Origin: a bacterium
GTDB lineage: Bacteria > Hinthialibacterota > Hinthialibacteria > Hinthialibacterales > Hinthialibacteraceae
Assembly (NCBI GenBank): GCA_041946805.1
Contig: JBHGBC010000130.1
Location: 1 to 17,235 of the forward strand
DNA length: 17,235 nt
Reading direction: 5' to 3'
The position numbers and the translations under genes were made by a program. Under the pieces are notes generated by a model. That model worked only from the letters and a program-made list of their open reading frames with translations, was not told where the DNA came from and made no database searches. The first letter of the stretch is position 1. The number at the start of each line of letters is the position of its first letter. This document shows positions 7,659 through 16,070 of this stretch, one piece after another.

Positions 7659-8372
7659 ATGTCTTATGACATTCTTATCGAGAATGAGAAAGACGGCACG
7701 CTGCTGGTTTTGATTTCGGAGGGGGATTTTTTGGCGGGTGCTGAAAAGTTCCCGGTCCATTTACCGGCGTATTACTTGGCGCTGCATCCGGTGACCAATG
7801 CGCAGTACAAGCGGTTTGTGGAGGATACCGGCCATCGGCCGCCGTATAAGGCGAGTTCGAGAAACCCATTGTGGAGGGGGAAAGATTTTTCGCAAGAGAA
7901 GGCGGAACATCCGGTGGTGTGCGTGAGTTGGGGGGACGCGCAGGACTATTGCCGATGGGCGAGATTGCGGTTACCGACAGAGTTGGAGTGGGAGAAGGGG
8001 GCGCGGGGAATAGAAGGCCAGGAGTATCCCTGGGGGGAGGGGATGGATTGGGGGAAATGCCGGAATGCTAAAAACAAGGGGAATGAGACGACTTGTAATG
8101 TATGGTCGTATACGTCCGGGTGCAGTTCGTGGGGGCAGTATCAGATGGCGGGGAACGTGTGGGAGTGGTGTGAGGATTGGTTTGATGGACAAGCCTTTGA
8201 AAAGTATAAGCAAGGGGATTTGTCCTTGCCGAAGAGGGGAAAGTATCGTGTGGTTCGCGGGGGCTCATGGAACTTCTACAAAGACAATTATTTTCATTGC
8301 ACGTACCGTATCGACTACGTCCCGTCGTCTCGAAACAACATATACGGTTTCCGTTGTGCCAGGACTTATTAG
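7659..8372 (+). CDS. FGE-sulfatase/CLec-fold protein 2 (237 aa), DGR target
   Basis: Close paralog of CLec1 with the same motifs; ends GFRCARTY. Confidence 0.92.
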   Translation: MSYDILIENEKDGTLLVLISEGDFLAGAEKFPVHLPAYYLALHPVTNAQYKRFVEDTGHRPPYKASSRNPLWRGKDFSQEKAEHPVVCVSWGDAQDYCRWARLRLPTELEWEKGARGIEGQEYPWGEGMDWGKCRNAKNKGNETTCNVWSYTSGCSSWGQYQMAGNVWEWCEDWFDGQAFEKYKQGDLSLPKRGKYRVVRGGSWNFYKDNYFHCTYRIDYVPSSRNNIYGFRCARTY

Positions 8373-8402
8373 TTTTTACATATTTATCCTTTAGCGAGCG
8401 AA
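8247..8402 (+). repeat. VR2 (8247-8372) plus truncated post-VR element
   Basis: 12 of 16 variable codons end in C; one mismatch in the IMH-like end; only two degenerate 8-bp units and only the left hairpin arm (TTTAGCGAGCGAA). Confidence 0.8.
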
Positions 8403-8718
8403 TCCAAAGTCCTAGTAGAGTTTATCGTTATCATAAATACCTTCGATCATTGCCGAGAGATGATGTAGAGGATGAGGAAAGCATTCATATAATTTATGCT
8501 TTGCAATTCACGAACAGCAGGGAATTGCAAATAAGGTTCCTTTCCGGCTTAGATCAAATAGAAAAATCACGAGACCGAAATCCCAAAGCGGCTGAAAGGT
8601 TTATAATGCTTGTGCGAATACCTCCCAGTTACTCAGTTGTAAAAGGTAGAGAGATAATGGCTCATATTTTGAGAAATGAGGGTATTGTGTTGTTCTTGTC
8701 GGAGCGGGGATAACATCG

Positions 8719-9480
8719 ATGCCATACGATCTGATCATCGAGAATCCTAAGGACGGAACCCTGCTGGTCCTGATTCCGGCGGGAGAGTTCTTGGCGGGTG
8801 CTGATAAGTTCACGGTCCATTTGCCGGCGTATTACCTGGCGCTGCATCCAGTGACCAATGCGCAGTATAAGAAGTTTGTGGAGGAGACGGGGTATAGCAC
8901 GTCTGATACGATGGTTTCTTCAGTTTGGCAAAATAAATATTTCAATAATAAAAAATTGGATCATCCCGTAGTGGAGATTAGTTGGTATGATGCTCAGGCT
9001 TATTGTATTTGGGCGGGTTTACGACTGCCGACGGAGTTAGAATGGGAGAAAGGAGCGAGAGGAAAGGATGACCGGAAATATCCCTGGGGACATGAATGGG
9101 ATCCTAGAAATTGTAGAAATTCTGTAGGTCAAAGAGTCTATGGAACATGTGGAGTATGGTTGTATTCAGAGAATTGTTGCCAATGGGGTTTGTACCAAAT
9201 AGCGGGTAATGTGTGTGAGTGGTGTGAAGATTGGTATGACACCCATGCATATGAGAAATATAAGCAAGGAATTTTGTCAATGCCAAAAAATGATAATGTG
9301 CTTCATAATGTGCTTAATAAAAAATCGTTGCTCCGTGTTGTTCGCGGGGGCTCGTGGAGAAACATCAGTAGCATCGGCTTTCAATGCGCTTACCGAGAAG
9401 GCGTCGATCCTTCGTCTCGAAAATACAACATCGGTTTTCGATGCGCCAGTCCTAATAAGGCTCACCCGTATTGCAGGTAA
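8719..9480 (+). CDS. FGE-sulfatase/CLec-fold protein 3 (253 aa), divergent, probably no longer diversified
   Basis: Same motifs but AT-richer codons, AGNVCEW, an insertion before RVVRGGSW and an extended C-terminus ([15 protein letters not shown]). Confidence 0.9.
   Translation: MPYDLIIENPKDGTLLVLIPAGEFLAGADKFTVHLPAYYLALHPVTNAQYKKFVEETGYSTSDTMVSSVWQNKYFNNKKLDHPVVEISWYDAQAYCIWAGLRLPTELEWEKGARGKDDRKYPWGHEWDPRNCRNSVGQRVYGTCGVWLYSENCCQWGLYQIAGNVCEWCEDWYDTHAYEKYKQGILSMPKNDNVLHNVLNKKSLLRVVRGGSWRNISSIGFQCAYREGVDPSSRKYNIGFRCASPNKAHPYCR
9334..9459 (+). repeat. Degenerate VR3
   Basis: Aligns gap-free with the other VRs; 11 of 16 variable codons end in C; IMH-like end eroded (GGTTTTCGATGCGCCAGT); no downstream element. 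Confidence 0.7.
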
Positions 9481-9545
9481 AGCAATCATGCACATAATTT
9501 TCAAAATCAATCCTCTATAAAATCGTAAGGCTGGGGAGAACCACC

Positions 9546-9743
9546 GTGAAAAAAATCAAAATAACCCTCCACAAAGACGGCACGCAAAAAATCGAAGTGC
9601 TGGGCGGAACTGGGGAAACATGCATGGAATTCACCCGGGAACTCGAACAACGGCTGGGGAAACCCATTGGGGAACGCATCCTCAAACCCGAATATCACGA
9701 AACCATAACTGAAACCGAGAAGGATTTTGAGGTGGAATCGTGA
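9546..9743 (+). CDS. DUF2997-like small protein (65 aa)
   Basis: IKITLHKDGTQKIEVLGGTGETCMEFTRELEQRLG pattern; GGGGAG RBS and GTG start; overlaps the next AAA gene. Confidence 0.8.
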   Translation: MKKIKITLHKDGTQKIEVLGGTGETCMEFTRELEQRLGKPIGERILKPEYHETITETEKDFEVES

Positions 9744-11386
9744 TGGTTACCCCTTCGACGGTTCCCTCCCCGGCCGGACAATCCAAATTCCAGCAGGACC
9801 TGCAGATTTACATCCGCGCGGGGTACCCGATTTTGTATGTGGTTACGGCGGAAGAGGACCGGGCCATCGACTTGATAACCCATTCCTCGCAGGAAGGGGA
9901 GTTGGCCCGCCGGAAACCACTGATCTGGTCGATCTCCCGAGGATTGTGCACGATCGATCACAAAGCTGTCGATCGAAAAATCCTCGATCCTAAAATCATT
10001 TTGCCGTTTTTGCTGGAATTCCAGGAGCCGGGTTTGTTTATCCTGGAGGATTTCCACTTTTTCATGGATGAGCGCTCTCCCACCGCCCCGCTGATCATCC
10101 GGCAGCTGCGCGACCTGGTGGCGCCGTTCAAAGCCTCCCGGAAAACCGTGATTATCCTTTCCTCCATCCTGAAAATACCTCCGGAATTGGAGAAGGATAT
10201 CACCGTGCTCGATCTGGATCTCCCCACGGAAGCGGAACTCCTGGAGGTGCTGAATGAAACCGTCGACCAGGTCAAGGACAATCCCAAAGTAGAGATCAAC
10301 TTGGAAAGCGGCGGGAGCGAAATCATCGTGAAAGCGCTGAACGGATTGACACGGACGGAATCCGAAAACGCCTTGGCCAAGATCATCGTGACCAACAGCC
10401 GCATCGATCCCGAAGACGTGGAGTTGCTGCTCGCGGAAAAGGAACAGATCATCCGCAAGTCGGGAATGTTGGAGTTTTATTCCAGCCCCGAACGCTTTGG
10501 TTCCATCGGAGGATTGGATTTACTCAAACGCTGGTTGCGGCAACGAGGAAAAGCGTTTTCCGAATCCGCCCGGCTGTTTGGGCTGCCCAATCCTCGCGGA
10601 TTGCTGCTGGTGGGCGTTCCCGGATGCGGTAAAAGCCTCACCGCCAAAGCGGTAGCCGCCGAGTGGAAGATGCCGCTGCTCAAATTTGATTTAGGAAAAG
10701 TCTTCGCCGGACTGGTCGGTGAATCAGAAGAGAACATGCGCCGCGCGATTAAGATGGCGGAAGCCGTTTCCCCCTGCGTGCTGTGGATCGATGAAATTGA
10801 AAAAGGACTTTCGGGAGTCCGCGGCCACGGTGACAGTGGAGTCACTACGCGTGTTTTTGGGACGCTTCTGACCTGGATGGAAGAAAAAACCAAAGCGGTT
10901 TTTGTGGTCACCACCGCCAATGACATCGAAGGCCTGCCGCCCGAACTGCTGCGCAAAGGCCGTTTCGATGAAATTTTCTTTATCGATCTTCCCTCTCCCT
11001 TGGAGCGCGCCAACATCCTGGCCATTCATTTGACCAAGAATCACCGCGACTACCGTGATTTTGACCTTTCACCGCATGTAGCTGCCAGCGAAGGATTCTC
11101 CGGGGCGGAGTTAGAGCAAGTTGTTATCTCAGCGTTGTATGAAGCCTATGCGGAAGGAGAAAAAAGCCGGTTGGAGAATCGTCATCTCGAAAAAGCCATC
11201 CGGACTTCGGTTCCACTCTCCAAATCCATGGCTTCCAAAATCACCAAACTACGTTACGAAGCCCGTGACCAATGGCGGATGGCTTCCAGCGGGGAAGACG
11301 GTGGAAAGGACCAAGTAATCGGAGAGGTTTCCATGGGTGAAGTTCCACCCGTTCACACCAAACCCAAACGAGTGTTCGAACTGTGA
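9740..11386 (+). CDS. Ycf46-like AAA+ ATPase 2 (548 aa)
   Basis: [26 protein letters not shown], Walker A GVPGCGKS, Walker B LWIDEIEK and an intact [16 protein letters not shown]. Confidence 0.9.
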   Translation: MMVTPSTVPSPAGQSKFQQDLQIYIRAGYPILYVVTAEEDRAIDLITHSSQEGELARRKPLIWSISRGLCTIDHKAVDRKILDPKIILPFLLEFQEPGLFILEDFHFFMDERSPTAPLIIRQLRDLVAPFKASRKTVIILSSILKIPPELEKDITVLDLDLPTEAELLEVLNETVDQVKDNPKVEINLESGGSEIIVKALNGLTRTESENALAKIIVTNSRIDPEDVELLLAEKEQIIRKSGMLEFYSSPERFGSIGGLDLLKRWLRQRGKAFSESARLFGLPNPRGLLLVGVPGCGKSLTAKAVAAEWKMPLLKFDLGKVFAGLVGESEENMRRAIKMAEAVSPCVLWIDEIEKGLSGVRGHGDSGVTTRVFGTLLTWMEEKTKAVFVVTTANDIEGLPPELLRKGRFDEIFFIDLPSPLERANILAIHLTKNHRDYRDFDLSPHVAASEGFSGAELEQVVISALYEAYAEGEKSRLENRHLEKAIRTSVPLSKSMASKITKLRYEARDQWRMASSGEDGGKDQVIGEVSMGEVPPVHTKPKRVFEL

Positions 11387-11393
11387 ACCGATC

Positions 11394-12212
11394 ATGAAAT
11401 TCATCAGTAAATCCAAATTGTCAGTGATTGGATCCAAAACAGATTATGAATCCACGACTCAGGTTCTGACGGTATGGGATTCAGTACTGAACCGTTTCCC
11501 CAATTTTCCCCCCATCATCGAGAACAAGAAAGACGGGACATTGCTTGTTTTGATTCGGGAAGGATTATTTTTGGCTGGTGTAAGTAGATTTCTGGTTCGA
11601 TTACCGGCGTATTACTTGGCACTGCATCCAGTGACCAACGCGCAGTACAAGAAGTTTGTGAAGGCAACGGGGCATCGTCCGCCAAACCAGCTGGATTATG
11701 GGACACCGGTCTGGAGCGGGAGAGATTTTCCGAACGAGAAGGCGGATCATCCGGTGGTGTGCGTGAGTTGGGAGGATGCTCAGGCATATTGTCAATGGGC
11801 GGGATTGCGGTTGCCGACGGAGTTGGAATGGGAGAAGGGGGCACAGGGGAAGGATGGCCGGGAGTATCCCTGGGGGCTGGTGATGGATTGGGAGAAATGC
11901 CGGAATGATAGAAACAGAGGAGATGAGACGACCTGTAGCGTATGGTCGTATGCGGAAGGCAGCAGTCCGTGGGGATTGTACCAGATGGCGGGGAACGTGG
12001 AGGAGTGGTGTGAGGACTGGTATGACAATCAGGCCTACGATAAATACAAGGAAGGGAATATGTCCTTGCCGAAGAGTGGCCAATCTCGTGTGGTTCGCGG
12101 GGGCTCGTGGAACGACCGCTGCGCCTACTTCATCCAGTGCGCTGGCCGTCACTACCGCGTCCCGTCGGAGCGGAGCGACGGCCGCGGTTTCCGTTGTGCC
12201 AGGACTTGTTAG
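11394..12212 (+). CDS. FGE-sulfatase/CLec-fold protein 4 (272 aa), DGR target
   Basis: Paralog with a leader of about 40 aa and AGNVEEW; ends GFRCARTC. Start set at the first ATG after the AAA2 stop. Confidence 0.9.
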   Translation: MKFISKSKLSVIGSKTDYESTTQVLTVWDSVLNRFPNFPPIIENKKDGTLLVLIREGLFLAGVSRFLVRLPAYYLALHPVTNAQYKKFVKATGHRPPNQLDYGTPVWSGRDFPNEKADHPVVCVSWEDAQAYCQWAGLRLPTELEWEKGAQGKDGREYPWGLVMDWEKCRNDRNRGDETTCSVWSYAEGSSPWGLYQMAGNVEEWCEDWYDNQAYDKYKEGNMSLPKSGQSRVVRGGSWNDRCAYFIQCAGRHYRVPSERSDGRGFRCARTC

Positions 12213-12262
12213 ATTTTATTCTTTTACACACTTACCTTTTAGCGAGTGCAGCGAGCTCGCGC
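12087..12262 (+). repeat. VR4 (12087-12212) plus post-VR element
   Basis: 16 of 16 variable codons end in C; IMH-like 27-mer identical to VR1 and VR5; degenerate 8-bp units, then GCGAGT-GCAGCGA-GCTCGC (12242-12260). Confidence 0.85.
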
Positions 12263-12287
12263 GAAAATCTTGTGAAGGATAGTCATC

Positions 12288-14639
12288 ATGACCAGCGGCG
12301 GCCCTTACAAAATCGGCCAGGAATTCGGATCTTATTGCCTGGAAAGATACCTGGGTTCCGGCGCGTTCAAGAGTGTGTATTGCGCGACAAACCGGGGGAT
12401 GGATATACTAGTAACGGCTGTCGCCCTTGGTTTTCCCCATCAACAGGACGCGTTGGGGCTGGAAGACCTTGAAAAAGAATTTGCTGTCAACAGCCGGTTA
12501 ATCCACCCCAACATCGTGCGGACCTACGGATTGGAAAAACACGAAGGGATTGCCTTTCTAGTCATGGAATATGTGGAAGGTCAAACCTTGCGTCAAATTA
12601 TGAAGGATCGCGGCCCTTTATCGCCGCCGGAAGCGATTCGATATGCCGGGCTGGTCTCGGAAGCCTTGGCCTACGCCCATGCCTCCCGTGTTTTGCACCG
12701 GGACGTAAAACCTGACAACATCTACATCACCCAGGAGAATATTCCCAAACTTTTCGATTTCGGCGTCGGCCGCCTGTTATCCCGTACCAGTCAAAAGGCC
12801 AGTACCCGTATCGGGACGGTGGAGTACATGGCCCCGGAAGCCCTGCAGGGCGCCACGGGAATCCAGTCGGACATCTGGTCGCTGGGTATCACGCTCTATG
12901 AAATGCTGACCGGAATCCTGCCGTTCGCGGGAGAAGTCGGGGAAGTGATCCACAAGATCATGACGGCCAAATTCGACGAAGCGCCGCTGCGCCAGAAACA
13001 TGTCGATAACCGGATCATCCGGGTCCTTCGGAAAGCATTGAGTAAGGACCCCAATACCCGTTATCCCAACGCCGGGGAGCTGAGCCGGGACCTGGAAACC
13101 GTGGCCCGCCGTACCCGCATGGCCGATGATGACGAGAGCCGCTTAGAGATTCTCATCCGCGCCAGTATCCCACTCATTGGCGTTTGCTCGTTTGAAGAAG
13201 AACGCGTGCTGACCGCCATCCGGAACATCGCGCAACGGCTGACCGAAGACCGAGGCCGGCCGCGGCGGATGTATATCTGGAGCACATCCCGCGGCTTGCG
13301 CGACGAGGAAAATAAGCTGATCGGCAAGGATTCCGCGGGGGATCCCACCCTGGCTTTGTTGCATCTGATCGATGATCCCGACGATGCCATTTTTGTTTTT
13401 CTCGACATTCACGATCACTTCACGCCGGTGACGACGCGCCTGATCCGGGACGCCGCCCGGGCGGTCCGTATGACTCACAAGTCGGTTCTCTTTTTGTCGC
13501 CATTCTATAAAGTGCCAGATGAACTCCAAAAGGAGGTCACATTATCCCTGTATCAGTTACCTGACCGGACCTGCCTCGAACCGTTGCTCGATCAATTGAT
13601 CGATGAGTTCAAGAACGCCAACTTGCCAGTTGAATTGTCGGATGAGGATCGAATGGCGGTCATCCGGGCGTCAATGGGATTGACTCTGAACGAAGCGGAA
13701 CGGGCGATCCGCGCCGCCGGACTGAGATTGCAGGGATTGAAATCGGGCATCGACCGGCTCGTAGCCGAAGAAAAAACACAAGTGATCCGCAAAACGGGCA
13801 TTTTGGAATACTATCATCAATCCGATTCGTTCAAGGACGTTGGAGGATTGAACGAATTGGTGAAATGGTTCCAATCCCGGCTGCCGGTTTTCGCCGGGAC
13901 AACACGGTATGCCGGCCTTCCGCAGCCCAAGGGCGTTCTGTTAGTTGGCGTCCCTGGATGCGGCAAAAGCCTGACTGCACGCGCCTTGGCGGGAGCCTGG
14001 CAAGTCCCGCTGTTGCGTTTGGATGTCGGACGCATTTTCGGTTCGTTGGTCGGTGCTTCCGAGGCCAATCTGCGCCGCGCCATCCAAACCGCGGAATCAG
14101 TCAGCCCGTGTATTTTGTGGATCGATGAAGTGGAGAAAGGTTTTTCGGGTGTGCGCGGGCAAGGAGACAGTGGTGTCTCCGCCCGTGTGTTCGGCACATT
14201 TTTGTCCTGGCTGCAGGATAAAAAAAGTCCGGTATTTGTGGTGGCCACCGCCAATGATCTCTCCGGCATCCCCCCGGAGTTTTTACGGCAGGGACGTTTT
14301 GACGATATTTTTTTCGTCGGCTTGCCCGGTAAAAAACAACGGGAGGATATATTCAAAATTCACTTGAACAAACGACACCGCGATCCGGATACGTTTAACC
14401 TCCCCGGCTTGGTCGAGGCGAGCGGGCAATTTTCCGGCGCGGAAATCGAACAGGCAGTCATCGCGGGTCTTTTCCATGCCTTCGACCATGACCGGGAACT
14501 GGAAAGCGAAGATATCCATCAGGCATTGAAAGAAACAGTTCCCCTCGCTCAATCCCGTCGAGAAGACATCCGCCTCTTGACCGCGTGGGCCAGTCAAAAC
14601 GCGAAATATGCCAATCTGGAAGGATCCACGCCATCATGA
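12288..14639 (+). CDS. Hanks-type Ser/Thr kinase (WNK-like lysine placement) fused to Ycf46-like AAA+ ATPase 3 (783 aa)
   Basis: Kinase: [50 protein letters not shown]+: [34 protein letters not shown]. Confidence 0.92.
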   Translation: MTSGGPYKIGQEFGSYCLERYLGSGAFKSVYCATNRGMDILVTAVALGFPHQQDALGLEDLEKEFAVNSRLIHPNIVRTYGLEKHEGIAFLVMEYVEGQTLRQIMKDRGPLSPPEAIRYAGLVSEALAYAHASRVLHRDVKPDNIYITQENIPKLFDFGVGRLLSRTSQKASTRIGTVEYMAPEALQGATGIQSDIWSLGITLYEMLTGILPFAGEVGEVIHKIMTAKFDEAPLRQKHVDNRIIRVLRKALSKDPNTRYPNAGELSRDLETVARRTRMADDDESRLEILIRASIPLIGVCSFEEERVLTAIRNIAQRLTEDRGRPRRMYIWSTSRGLRDEENKLIGKDSAGDPTLALLHLIDDPDDAIFVFLDIHDHFTPVTTRLIRDAARAVRMTHKSVLFLSPFYKVPDELQKEVTLSLYQLPDRTCLEPLLDQLIDEFKNANLPVELSDEDRMAVIRASMGLTLNEAERAIRAAGLRLQGLKSGIDRLVAEEKTQVIRKTGILEYYHQSDSFKDVGGLNELVKWFQSRLPVFAGTTRYAGLPQPKGVLLVGVPGCGKSLTARALAGAWQVPLLRLDVGRIFGSLVGASEANLRRAIQTAESVSPCILWIDEVEKGFSGVRGQGDSGVSARVFGTFLSWLQDKKSPVFVVATANDLSGIPPEFLRQGRFDDIFFVGLPGKKQREDIFKIHLNKRHRDPDTFNLPGLVEASGQFSGAEIEQAVIAGLFHAFDHDRELESEDIHQALKETVPLAQSRREDIRLLTAWASQNAKYANLEGSTPS

Positions 14640-15421
14640 CCGATCACATAGATCGTAATACAACAATCCCGATTCTGACTCCAGGTGATTTCGCGCTTGA
14701 CAACATTTTGGGTTTTTCTCCAATCATTGAAAACGAAAAAGACGGAACGTTGCTGGTCCTGATCCCGGCGGGGGAGTTTTTAGCAGGGAAAGAAAAGTTC
14801 CCGGTCCATTTGCCGGCGTATTACCTGGCGCTGCATCCGGTGACCAACGCGCAGTACAAGCGGTTTGTGGATGAGACCGGCCATCGGCCGCCGGATCAGA
14901 CGAATGGGGGAACGCCGGTGTGGAAGGGAAAAGATTTTCCCCAACAGAAGGCGGATCATCCGGTGGGGTGCGTGAGTTGGGTGTATGCCCAGGCCTATTG
15001 CCAATGGGCGGGAATGCGATGGCCGACAGAGTTGGAGTGGGAGAAGGGGGCGCGGGGGACGGCCGGCCGGGAATATCCCTGGGGGGAGGGGATGGATTGG
15101 GAGAAATGCTGGAATAAAGAAAATAAGGGGAATGAGACGACCTGTGATGTATGGTCGTATGCGGCCGGATGCAGTCCGTGGGGGCTGTATCAGATGGCGG
15201 GGAATGTGTGGGAGTGGTGTGAGGACAGGTATGACGACCAGGCATATGAAAGATATAAACGAGGGGATATATCCTTGCCGAAAAGCGGAACGTCTCGTGT
15301 GGTTCGCGGGGGCTCGTGGTACGACAATAACGTCAACTACTTCCAATGCGCCGACCGCAGCCCCTACGACCCGTGGTCGCGGCACCTCTCCTGCGGTTTC
15401 CGTTGTGCCAGGACTTGTTAG
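14636..15421 (+). CDS. FGE-sulfatase/CLec-fold protein 5 (261 aa), DGR target
   Basis: ATGA overlap with the kinase-AAA stop; same motifs; ends GFRCARTC. Confidence 0.9.
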   Translation: MTDHIDRNTTIPILTPGDFALDNILGFSPIIENEKDGTLLVLIPAGEFLAGKEKFPVHLPAYYLALHPVTNAQYKRFVDETGHRPPDQTNGGTPVWKGKDFPQQKADHPVGCVSWVYAQAYCQWAGMRWPTELEWEKGARGTAGREYPWGEGMDWEKCWNKENKGNETTCDVWSYAAGCSPWGLYQMAGNVWEWCEDRYDDQAYERYKRGDISLPKSGTSRVVRGGSWYDNNVNYFQCADRSPYDPWSRHLSCGFRCARTC

Positions 15422-15484
15422 TTTTTATCCTTTTACGCTTTTACCCTTAAAACGAGCGAAGCGAGCTTGCTGCAAATTTTGCAG
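15296..15484 (+). repeat. VR5 (15296-15421) plus post-VR element
   Basis: 15 of 16 variable codons end in C; 15394-15448 is identical to 1042-1096 (55 bp); then CGAGCGAAGCGAGCTTGC and the inverted repeat CTGCAAA-T-TTTGCAG (15470-15484). Confidence 0.85.
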
Positions 15485-15497
15485 AAATGGTGTTTGC

Positions 15498-16070
15498 ATG
15501 AAAGTCCAAATGCACGGCATAGAGTTAGCCAGCCGATCAAATGGACCTGGATTACGTGCGGCAATCTGGTTTCAAGGTTGTACGCTGCATTGCTTCGGTT
15601 GTTTCAATCCTGAAACTCACGATCCCACGAGTGGATTTGTGATGGAAACCCAGGATCTTGCCCATATGATCCATTCTTCAAACCTTCCCCTCGAGGGAAT
15701 CTCGATATCCGGCGGGGAGCCGTTCCAGCAATCCGAAGCGCTATACGATTTTCTCACACAAGTGGACCGTTCAAAATTGAGCGTTTTGGTTTTTACCGGG
15801 TATACCTTGGATGAAGTGAAACGGATTCCATTGGGATTACAAATCCTGACAATGGCCGATGCACTAATCGCGGGACGCTATCAACCAAACCAACCGTCCA
15901 ATTTCGCTCTATTGGGTTCATCGAATCAAAAGATCCATCTGCTCACCAATCGATATCGCATTTCCGATTTCGCATCCATTCCGCACAGCGAAGTAATCCT
16001 TCACAAAGATGGAACAATCACGATAACCGGTGTTCACCCCTTGAAAGCGCATGGGGCTACCCATGAATGA
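15498..16070 (+). CDS. NrdG/activase-like radical SAM protein (190 aa)
   Basis: NGPGLRAAIWFQGCTLHCFGCFNPETH (CxxxCxxC), ISISGGEPFQQ, VFTGYT and GSSNQK. Confidence 0.88.
   Translation: MKVQMHGIELASRSNGPGLRAAIWFQGCTLHCFGCFNPETHDPTSGFVMETQDLAHMIHSSNLPLEGISISGGEPFQQSEALYDFLTQVDRSKLSVLVFTGYTLDEVKRIPLGLQILTMADALIAGRYQPNQPSNFALLGSSNQKIHLLTNRYRISDFASIPHSEVILHKDGTITITGVHPLKAHGATHE

Noticed and set aside
12288..13100. Kinase domain as a dead pseudokinase
   Set aside because: The missing beta-3 Lys is accompanied by a Lys at the WNK position, and all other catalytic motifs are intact.
197..15385. Many minus-strand and off-frame ORFs (e.g. 197-751, 1282-1956, 6294-7115, 10477-11025, 11601-12152, 13817-14356, 14780-15385)
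   Set aside because: Antisense shadows of well-supported + strand genes; they recur only because the sense genes are paralogous.
332..15421. CLec proteins as true formylglycine-generating enzymes
   Set aside because: No sulfatase in the window, and the region that would hold the FGE active-site cysteine motif is the hypervariable segment; a binding role fits better.
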